Part shown: piece by piece, positions 57,091 through 64,000 of the stretch
How positions within the stretch are numbered: position 1 is the stretch's first letter
Layout: every line of letters begins with the position of its first letter
Source of the DNA: an uncultured bacterium
Lineage (GTDB): Bacteria > Krumholzibacteriota > Krumholzibacteriia > LZORAL124-64-63
Reading direction: 5' to 3'
DNA length: 64,000 nt
Assembly (NCBI GenBank): GCA_963732385.1
Contig: CAVSZB010000008.1
Coordinates: 224,001 to 288,000 of the forward strand
Translations under genes and position numbers: made by a program
The notes under the pieces: generated by a model
What the model was told of the DNA's origin: nothing
Database searches by the model: none
What the model saw: only the letters and a program-made list of their open reading frames with translations

Positions 57091-57627
57091 ATGCCCAGAT
57101 CACTCGGTCCGGCCGCGAAGGTCGTCCTGTCCGTCATCCTGCCGTTCGTGGTCCTGGTGTTCCTGGCCGTCGTGCCGGCGTCCGCCCGCGACTGGAATCG
57201 CACCGACGATCCGCTGCTCGACGCGGTCGGTCTGCACGCCGGCAAGATCGGCGGCGTGGGCCTGTCCTTCAAATTCCCGCTCCAATGGTGGCTGTACGGG
57301 CAGGCGACCGGCGGCATCTGGCACACCGCGGACAACAAACGCCACAACGCCGGCTTCGAGGTGCAGTACATCCTGCGCCAGGACCGGGCGCTGCGGGTGT
57401 TCGTCGCGGGAGGGCTCGCCTACTTCTACCACCAGGAACGCCAGCCCGTGCTGGGCGGCGACGACCAGGTGACGACGCGGCACAGCCTCAATACCGGTTT
57501 CGGCGTGGGGGTGGAGATGCTGCGCTCGGAGCGGTTCGCGCTGCAGGTCGAAGCCGACTTCACCCACGAGGGCGGCGACGGCTCGGTGACGGTGTTCCCG
57601 CAGGTCGGCGCCTACTTCTATTTCTGA
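57091..57627 (+). CDS. Small outer-membrane beta-barrel protein (hypothetical)
   Basis: Signal peptide ending ASA, amphipathic strands, C-terminal GAYFYF with terminal Phe; GGAGG RBS. Confidence 0.7.
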   Translation: MPRSLGPAAKVVLSVILPFVVLVFLAVVPASARDWNRTDDPLLDAVGLHAGKIGGVGLSFKFPLQWWLYGQATGGIWHTADNKRHNAGFEVQYILRQDRALRVFVAGGLAYFYHQERQPVLGGDDQVTTRHSLNTGFGVGVEMLRSERFALQVEADFTHEGGDGSVTVFPQVGAYFYF

Positions 57628-57712
57628 GTTCCGCACGACCGCACGGCTGCGGACGGCGCCAGGCGGGGGCCGTCCCGGCGCGCGGAACGGCCCCCGTCCG
57701 TCGGGGGAGCGG

Positions 57713-58300
57713 CTACCGATAGAGGGTCTTGACGCGGGTCCAGGAGTCGCTCTCCGCCGCCACCAGACCGCTGTTGATCGTGAACGACGGCTGCGTCGTT
57801 CCGTCCGGCCAGGGGTGCAGCGGAATTTTTTTATCGAGGTCGCTGCCGTCGAGGCAGACCGGCAGGTCGTAGCCGCCGGAATTGATGGCTGTGTGCGTGA
57901 TGTAGAACTGCGCCGGCGAGTCGTCCGCGACCATGATGATGAAGGTCATCAGCACCTGGGTCAGGGCCGGCGGCTGCGGCACCTCCGGGTAGGCGACCGT
58001 GAATTCTGGAGGGCTGCCGACGTTCAGCCAGCCGGTGCCGGGGATGTTCCAGCCCCAGATCGTGACATTGTCGGGGATGATGAGTTTCGCCTCCCACGCC
58101 TGCATCCCGGTGGGGCCGGACGGGCGGGTCAGCACGAGGTACGCTTCGACCGGCACCCCTGGCGCGGCCGTGATGGTGTTGACCATGGCGGTCTGGTCGG
58201 CGTAGATGCCGATCCCGTCGGCGTCGGGATCGATCTGGGCGACCGCTTCCCCCCCCGCGGCCACACTGAGCAGGGCGACGAGCAGAATCATTCGTTTCAT
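57713..58300 (-). CDS. Secreted hypothetical protein with C-terminal W-x-x-VK-x-LYR motif
   Basis: GGAGG RBS, signal peptide MKRMILLVALLSVAAGGEAVA, beta-rich body, ends AESDSWTRVKTLYR. Confidence 0.8.
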   Translation of the reverse strand: MKRMILLVALLSVAAGGEAVAQIDPDADGIGIYADQTAMVNTITAAPGVPVEAYLVLTRPSGPTGMQAWEAKLIIPDNVTIWGWNIPGTGWLNVGSPPEFTVAYPEVPQPPALTQVLMTFIIMVADDSPAQFYITHTAINSGGYDLPVCLDGSDLDKKIPLHPWPDGTTQPSFTINSGLVAAESDSWTRVKTLYR

Positions 58301-58377
58301 GGCTCGACCTCCGGCAATAGATGTGGGGATGAGAGGATGAGGGGAGCATACGGACGCGGGGATGGGATCGCAAGTCA

Positions 58378-59808
58378 ATGCAGAACAATGGTTTGACGTA
58401 TTGCGATAATGGGCGATCATCTCCTGCGGCGCCGACCGGCGGCGCGGGCGGGGCGCTGGTTCGTGCGCTCGGCTTCCGCGAAGCCCTCGCCCTGGTCGTC
58501 GGCCGCATCATCGGCTCCGGCATCTTCCGCACGCCGGGGCCGATCATGGCGCTCACCGGGGGGGCGGCGCTCTTCTTCGGCGTCTGGTTCCTGGCGGGGG
58601 CGATGACCATCCTGAGCGCCCTCTGCTATGCCGAGATGGTGGCGATGCTGCCCCGCTCGGGCGGGCCGTACGCCTACCTGAAGGCGGCCTATCCTCCGTG
58701 GTGGGCCTTCCTGCGCGGCTGGGCGATGTTCTTCGTGTCGGAGACGGCGACGATCGCGGCGGTGGCGCTGGTGTTCGCGGAATATTCCGGCGTGTTATGG
58801 CGCGCGGCCGGCGGCGCGCCGTGGCCCCGTGGTGGCGAGACGGCAGCGGCCGCGGGCGGGGTGTGGCTGCTGACCTGGGTGAACGTGCGCGGCGTACGAG
58901 CGGGGGGACGGGCCCAGAACGCTCTCACGGTGTTGAAGCTGGCGGCCCTCGGGGCGGTGGCGGGGGCGGGGCTGCTCGTGACTCGCGGCGAACCGACCGG
59001 CGGCGTGGTCGCGGCGCCGCTCGCCGCGCCGGCCGGCTGGGCCGCGGTGCTGGCCGCCGGCGCGTCGATGCGTTACGCATTCTTCGCCTTCAGCGGCTGG
59101 GAGGGGGCCACCTACGTGGCGGAGGAGGTGCGCGCGCCGGAGCGCAACCTGCCGCGGTCGCTGTTGCTGGGGATCGCCATCGTGATGGGGGCCTACCTGC
59201 TCGCCAACGCCGCCTACCTGCGCCAGCTCGGACCGGCCGGCATGGCCGGATCGAAGCAGGTGGCGGCCGACGCCATGCGTGTCGCGCTGGGGCCGGCCGG
59301 AGCGACGCTGATCGCGCTGGCCGTGGTGTTGAGCACTTTCGGCAACATCAACGCGCAGGTGCTGGTCAAGGCACGGACCTGGCACGCCATGGCGCGGGAC
59401 GGGCTGTTCCCGGCCCGCCTGGGCAACGTCCACGCCACGCACCATACGCCGGTCGGCGCCCTTGTCGCGCAGGCGCTCTGGGCGACGGCCCTGCTGGTCG
59501 TGGCCGGACTCGCGGGGCGGGCCTACGAATCGGTGATCGACTTCTTCGCCTTCACCTCGGCGATTTTCAACCTGTCGACCTTCGCGGCCGTCTGGGTCCT
59601 GCGCCGCCGGCTGCCCGACGCACCGCGTCCGTTCCGCGTGCCGGGCTGGCCCTGGACACTGGTCGTGGTGCTCGTCATCCAGACGGCGTTCATGGTCGTG
59701 ACGATGATCACCGCGCCGCTGCCGTCGTTGCTGGGCGTGGCGCTGACGGCGACCGGCTTCCTCTGGTACTTCCGCGGCCGTCTCTTCCGCACACGCGCGC
59801 GAAGGTGA
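58378..59808 (+). CDS. APC-family amino acid permease (LAT/SteT-like)
   Basis: IIGSGIFRTP, YAEM, SGGPYAYL, FAFSGWE, AEEVRAPERNLPR, AMARDGLFP, RPFRVPGWP. Start uncertain. Confidence 0.9.
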   Translation: MQNNGLTYCDNGRSSPAAPTGGAGGALVRALGFREALALVVGRIIGSGIFRTPGPIMALTGGAALFFGVWFLAGAMTILSALCYAEMVAMLPRSGGPYAYLKAAYPPWWAFLRGWAMFFVSETATIAAVALVFAEYSGVLWRAAGGAPWPRGGETAAAAGGVWLLTWVNVRGVRAGGRAQNALTVLKLAALGAVAGAGLLVTRGEPTGGVVAAPLAAPAGWAAVLAAGASMRYAFFAFSGWEGATYVAEEVRAPERNLPRSLLLGIAIVMGAYLLANAAYLRQLGPAGMAGSKQVAADAMRVALGPAGATLIALAVVLSTFGNINAQVLVKARTWHAMARDGLFPARLGNVHATHHTPVGALVAQALWATALLVVAGLAGRAYESVIDFFAFTSAIFNLSTFAAVWVLRRRLPDAPRPFRVPGWPWTLVVVLVIQTAFMVVTMITAPLPSLLGVALTATGFLWYFRGRLFRTRARR

Positions 59809-59848
59809 CCGGGCGTTTGCCCGCGCCGGTCCGCGGCCGGGCCACGAC

Positions 59849-59885
59849 AAGAAGAAACCCCGCCCTCTTGCAAGAGCGGGGTTCC
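59849..59885 (-). terminator. Intrinsic terminator of the RRM gene
   Basis: Minus strand AACCCCGCTCTT-GCAA-GAGGGCGGGGTT followed by TCTTCTT. Confidence 0.7.
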
Positions 59886-59925
59886 TGAAGCTGCGATCAT
59901 TCAGCCCGTGGGCTGAACGATGTGC

Positions 59926-60222
59926 TTACCAGCGCGGACGACCACCGCCGCCGCCGCCGCCGCCACCCTGACGCGGCTCGCGCGGACGCGCTTCGTTCAC
60001 GTTCAGGTTACGGCCGTCGACGGCCTTGCCGTTCAGACCCGTGATCGCGGCCATCGCCTCGGAGTCGTTCTCCATCTCGACGAAACCGAAGCCGCGGCTG
60101 CGGCCGGTCTCGCGGTCCGAGAGCACCGTGGCGCTCGAGATCGTTCCATAAGCGCTGAACAGGGTCCGGAGGGTGGCGTCGGTTGTGTCAAAGCTCAGAT
60201 TTCCAACGTAGATCTTCTTCAC
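59926..60222 (-). CDS. RRM (RNP-1) RNA-binding protein with Gly-rich tail
   Basis: KIYVGNL (RNP2), RGFGFVEM (RNP1), [12 protein letters not shown] tail; GTG start. Confidence 0.95.
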   Translation of the reverse strand: MKKIYVGNLSFDTTDATLRTLFSAYGTISSATVLSDRETGRSRGFGFVEMENDSEAMAAITGLNGKAVDGRNLNVNEARPREPRQGGGGGGGGGRPRW

Positions 60223-60426
60223 GGAACACGTCCCTTGCTGCTGGGGACCGGCTCTGATCCCACAACCGGGACGAGGCAGGCCAACCCAAACCTATGATTC
60301 CCAGGTCCAATCCGCATGACGGACCTTGGCGGATATTGTATGCTACCCCAGATCTTCCCGCCAGAAAATATCCGCGGATTGATTTGAGACTGTCGGTTGT
60401 GATAATTAACATTCAATATCCGAGAG

Positions 60427-61278
60427 GTGTCCACCTTGCGCCGCACCACCCTGCTCTGGATCGTCGCCTGGCTCCTGACCCTCGGGTCGGCCGTCTGGCA
60501 GCGCCGGTCGGGCCCAACCTATCCGGTCCGCGTCCGGGCCGCGGTGGGCGCGGCTCCTGTACGGGCCAAATTGTTGAAATCACACAATATATCATCAGGC
60601 TTGCCGGTCGTCGTGACGGCTGCGGATCGGGCGGTCGCCGGCGATGTCATCTGGCGCCGTTATCCGACCGACGACCCGTGGAGCTCCCTGCCGCTGGTGC
60701 GGGACGGGGATAAACTGGCCGCGACCCTCCCCGCCCAGCCGATGGCGGGCAAGCTCGTCTACCGGGTGGCGCTGCGCCGAGCCAACCCTGCGGGCGGGGT
60801 GGAAGCGGGCGCGACCCTGCCGGAGGGAGATCCGGTGGTGGCGCGCTTCAAGGGGGACGTGCCGCTGCCGCTGCTGATCGTGCACGTCGGGGTGATCTTC
60901 TCGGCGATGCTCTGGGCGGCGCGCGCCGGCCTCGAGGCGCTCACGCGCGGTCCGTGTCTGCGGGGCCTCGTCGCCGCGGCGGCCATGCTGATGCTCGTCG
61001 GGGGAATGATCCTCGGGCCGTTCGTGCAGAAGGCCGCGTTCGACGCCTACTGGACCGGCTGGCCCTTCGGCCACGATCTCACCGACAACAAGGTCGCGCT
61101 GGCGATGCTGCTGTGGATCATCGCCTGGTGGCGGGGGCGTCGCGACAGTCGCGACGCGCGGGACTGGACGCTGGTCGCGTCATTCGTCACGCTGGTGATC
61201 TTCGTCGTGCCGCACAGTCTGTTCGGGTCGCAGTTCGACTATGCCGCCGCCCCGCCGCCGCCGGTGCCGCGGCCCTGA
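60427..61278 (+). CDS. Hypothetical membrane protein
   Basis: N-terminal TM, GPTYP, soluble beta domain, ARFKGDVP, several TMs with QKAAFDAYWTGWPFGHDLTDNK. Confidence 0.75.
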   Translation: MSTLRRTTLLWIVAWLLTLGSAVWQRRSGPTYPVRVRAAVGAAPVRAKLLKSHNISSGLPVVVTAADRAVAGDVIWRRYPTDDPWSSLPLVRDGDKLAATLPAQPMAGKLVYRVALRRANPAGGVEAGATLPEGDPVVARFKGDVPLPLLIVHVGVIFSAMLWAARAGLEALTRGPCLRGLVAAAAMLMLVGGMILGPFVQKAAFDAYWTGWPFGHDLTDNKVALAMLLWIIAWWRGRRDSRDARDWTLVASFVTLVIFVVPHSLFGSQFDYAAAPPPPVPRP

Positions 61279-61301
61279 CCAGGCGCCACGCCCGTCCGGT
61301 G

Positions 61302-62141
61302 TCAAGCGACGAACTCGAGCCGATCGACGGGCGGCACGAGGCCGGCGGCGTGGCCGCGGTCGAGCAGTTCGCGGATGGCGGCCCGTCCCCGCTCGCCGTA
61401 GTCGAGGGTCCAGTCGTTGACGTACATGCCGACGAAACGGTCGGCGAGTTTCCGGTCGAGGCCGCGACCCCAGCCGAGCGCGTGGGCCAGGGCCTCTTCG
61501 CGGTGCGCCAGGCCGAGCCGGATGCTGGCGGTAAGCAGATCGCTGATCTCGCTGCGGCGCGCCGGCGCGTGCCGCTTGTGGATGGCGTTGGCGCCCAGCG
61601 GCAGCGGCAGGCCGGTCTCGTGCTGCCACCAGACGCCCAGATCGAGGCAGCAGTGCAGCCCCTCGTCGCCGAAGGTGAGCTGTCCCTCGTGGATGATCAG
61701 ACCGGCGGCGAATTCCCCCGTCTTCACGCGGGGCAGGATCTCGTCGAACGGCACCACGACGTGACGGAACTCCCCGATCGCCAGCCGGAGCGCCAGCCAG
61801 GCGCTCGTCAGCAGGCCCGGCACGGCGATCGTGATCCCGGCCAGCTCCGCCAGGGGGATCGCGCGCGGCGCCACGACCAGCGGTCCGTAGCCGTCGCCCA
61901 TGCTGGCCCCCGCGGGCAACAGCGCGTAGGTGTCGCATACGTGGGCGTAGGCATGCACCGAGATGGCGGTGATGTCCAGCTCGCCGCGCCGCGCCCGGTC
62001 GTTGAGGGTCTGGATGTCCTGCAGGACGTGCGTGAAGCGGTAGGGGCCCGTGGCGAGGCGGCCCTTGGCCAGCGCCCAGAACATGAAGGCATCGTCGGGG
62101 TCGGGGGAGTGGCCGAGAGTCAGCTCGACGACGTCGTTCAT
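61302..62141 (-). CDS. mqnD: 1,4-dihydroxy-6-naphthoate synthase (futalosine menaquinone pathway, MqnD-like)
   Basis: LGHSPDPDDAFMF, DIQTLN, SMGDGYGP, IIHEGQLT, LPLPLG, FVGMYVN. Confidence 0.85.
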   Translation of the reverse strand: MNDVVELTLGHSPDPDDAFMFWALAKGRLATGPYRFTHVLQDIQTLNDRARRGELDITAISVHAYAHVCDTYALLPAGASMGDGYGPLVVAPRAIPLAELAGITIAVPGLLTSAWLALRLAIGEFRHVVVPFDEILPRVKTGEFAAGLIIHEGQLTFGDEGLHCCLDLGVWWQHETGLPLPLGANAIHKRHAPARRSEISDLLTASIRLGLAHREEALAHALGWGRGLDRKLADRFVGMYVNDWTLDYGERGRAAIRELLDRGHAAGLVPPVDRLEFVA

Positions 62142-63301
62142 GCCTTCCTCCGGGGACGGCGGGCCGGCGGGTCGTCCTGCCGGTCGCGGTTGCTGCGGCG
62201 GAGGCGGGCCAGCAGGGCCAGCGCCACCATGGCGAAGGCGACGATGACCACCAGCCAGCCGGCCAGACTCATGCCGATGCGGCGGACCTGCGTCAGCGGG
62301 GCCTTAATTCTGTCCGGCGCGCCGTCGCCGTCCTGAGCCCGCGCGGCGATGCGCGGCGACGAGCCGCCCTGCACAGTCCAGCGCAGCTCAAGGTCGGCGG
62401 CGAGCGCGGGGCCGGTCCAGAGGCGGCAGCCGGTGTCCGAGTCCTCGCCCGCGTCGGTGAAGCCGCCATCGATCCTCAGGTCGGCCGGCGAGGCGAGCAG
62501 CGTGAGTTTCGCCACCGGCAGGCTGGCCGCCAGCGCCAGGCGCGCGCGTCCGTTGTAGGGGAGCGACGTGGTCACGCGCAGCCGCGTCGTGCCCGAGCGC
62601 AGCGGCACCGCGAGTGCGGCGCGGCCGGGCGCCTGACCCGCCATCGCGGCGGTCTTCTGAGGCGCCGCTCCCGACAGCACCTCGAACGCCGCGCCCACTG
62701 CGCCGTCGGGCAGCAGCAGTTCGAAACTCGTCGGGTCGGGCAGCACCGTGCGTTGCGGGCTGGCGCTGTTCGTGATCGTGATCAGGTACTCGAGCTGCAG
62801 ATCGGTCTCGGCCCGCCTGACGTGCAGATTCAGTTCGGACACCGACACGCCCGCGCGATCGGTCGTCGTCTCGAAGACGTAGATCGTGAGCGGACCGGCG
62901 GCGAGATCGTGGCCGGTCGCCTGGGCGAAGTAGAGGGTGCCGTCGCTTTCGGCCTGCACCAGGTAGGTGCGCGTCTCGTCAAGGAAGAGGCGCCGCAGCA
63001 CCACCTGGCCGGTGACGTCGCGCTCGCTCGCCAGCGGCTGCCGGTTCGGGCCCGTTTCGAACAGCGTGAGCGACTCCGCGCGTCCGTCCGCGCGCGTCGT
63101 GCCGTTGACCACCCGGACGGTGACATCCACGGGCAGCAGCTCCGGATCCCCTTCGGCGTAGTCACGGTCGGCCGCGCCGCCGCCCGTCGCCCGCGCCGCG
63201 TCCCCGCCCGGCAGCGGGGTCACGGCCAGGGCCAGGGCCAGACCCCAGCCCAGCATGATCAGCGCCCGCTGATGCCCCTCGCCAAAGTCCGCCCGTCTCA
63301 T
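62138..63301 (-). CDS. Hypothetical exported protein with C-terminal membrane anchor
   Basis: Signal/TM near the N-terminus, VRVVNGTT beta-rich domain, C-terminal TM with basic tail; ATGA overlap with mqnD. Start uncertain. Confidence 0.6.
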   Translation of the reverse strand: MRRADFGEGHQRALIMLGWGLALALAVTPLPGGDAARATGGGAADRDYAEGDPELLPVDVTVRVVNGTTRADGRAESLTLFETGPNRQPLASERDVTGQVVLRRLFLDETRTYLVQAESDGTLYFAQATGHDLAAGPLTIYVFETTTDRAGVSVSELNLHVRRAETDLQLEYLITITNSASPQRTVLPDPTSFELLLPDGAVGAAFEVLSGAAPQKTAAMAGQAPGRAALAVPLRSGTTRLRVTTSLPYNGRARLALAASLPVAKLTLLASPADLRIDGGFTDAGEDSDTGCRLWTGPALAADLELRWTVQGGSSPRIAARAQDGDGAPDRIKAPLTQVRRIGMSLAGWLVVIVAFAMVALALLARLRRSNRDRQDDPPARRPRRKA

Positions 63302-63437
63302 TTCCGGCCTCCCTGCCGCCAGCCGCGGCGCGTGCCGCGCCTTGTCACTACTCCAGGCTTCCGGTATGCTCCGGCAACGATGCCCGGGGCTCCAGTATAG
63401 GCCAGACGGCCAGGATATCAACACGGCGGTCGCGAAG

Positions 63438-64000
63438 ATGCTGCTGGCGCGGGTGGCGATGATGGTGGTGCTGGCGACGGCCGCCTCAATGGCGCGGGCC
63501 GCGGGCGAGGTGCCCGCGCCTGCCGCCCAGCCCCTGGTGTCCTGGGGCCAGGAGACATGGCGTCTCGAACCGGGCGAGACGTTCCAGTTCACCGTGACCT
63601 TCGCGCAGATCCCGGCGCGGGCCTGGCGTCTGGTGGTCGAAGGGGACCACGTGCAGAGCGATCTCCTGATCCGCCGCGTCGCCGACGGCTCGCTGTTCTA
63701 CGCGGTACGCAACGAATCGCGCCACGATGTGCCGGTGCCATGGGGACGCGGAGAGTCGATCGCGGTGGCCCTCAGCCCGGGCCGCACCGGCGGCGGGCTG
63801 TACACGGTGACGTTCCTCGGCCCGCCGCCCGAGGGGCTGCCCGCGAGCTATTCATACCGCGTCAACCGCGCTCTCGAGGCCTTCGAGGCGGGAGAGCGCG
63901 TGCGGGCGCGGCGGCTGTGCGAGCAGGCTCTGGCCGAGGATCCACAGGACGCCGACGCGACCGCGCTGATGGCGGCCTTCCGGCGCGACGATCGTCTCGC
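63438..64000 (+). CDS. Hypothetical exported protein with a TPR-like segment; runs off window end
   Basis: Manual translation MLLARVAMMVVLATAASMARA... stays open to 64000 and includes ALEAFEAGERVRARRLCEQALAEDPQDADA. Confidence 0.65.
   Translation, partial: MLLARVAMMVVLATAASMARAAGEVPAPAAQPLVSWGQETWRLEPGETFQFTVTFAQIPARAWRLVVEGDHVQSDLLIRRVADGSLFYAVRNESRHDVPVPWGRGESIAVALSPGRTGGGLYTVTFLGPPPEGLPASYSYRVNRALEAFEAGERVRARRLCEQALAEDPQDADATALMAAFRRDDRL

Noticed and set aside
59942..59966. (CCG/CCA)n trinucleotide run
   Set aside because: It encodes the Gly-rich tail of the RRM protein and is not an independent repeat element.

Overview
A 64-kb, very GC-rich bacterial chromosomal segment (about 70% GC by eye) with about 53 protein-coding genes. 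I found no rRNA, tRNA, CRISPR array, integrase or transposase. Two secreted enzymes end in a PNPFNP/FlgD-Ig C-terminal domain and a third ends in SWTRVKTLYR. Together with a gldAFG-like ABC cluster and the futalosine-pathway gene mqnD, this suggests a diderm FCB-group bacterium such as Ca. Krumholzibacteriota or Latescibacterota (inference). Recognisable housekeeping and catabolic blocks are a P1B metal ATPase, a fadN-fadA-fadE operon with divergent fadR (promoters and operators readable by eye), mdh, pyk, methylcrotonyl-CoA carboxylase/hydratase, class II ribonucleotide reductase nrdJ with tandem NrdR-like boxes, lpoB and mqnD. The most interesting signal is a dispersed set of purine-catabolic genes resembling the anaerobic urate/2,8-dioxopurine pathway. 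It comprises an operon ssnA-ygeY-(compact ygeW-like carbamoyltransferase)-(93-aa unknown ORF)-(threonine-synthase-like PLP enzyme, with no ygeX in the window), an 8-oxoguanine-deaminase-like gene divergent from a three-subunit xanthine-dehydrogenase-family molybdoenzyme, and an orphan hydantoinase. A second candidate novel system lies in an apparently lower-GC islet (about 12.4-17.9 kb): an AAA-DUF4143 gene behind twin palindromes, a GT2 synthase with a variant QxxRW motif coupled to a putative beta-barrel, and a secreted metzincin-like protease. All functional calls come from motif recognition only; no database searches were run.
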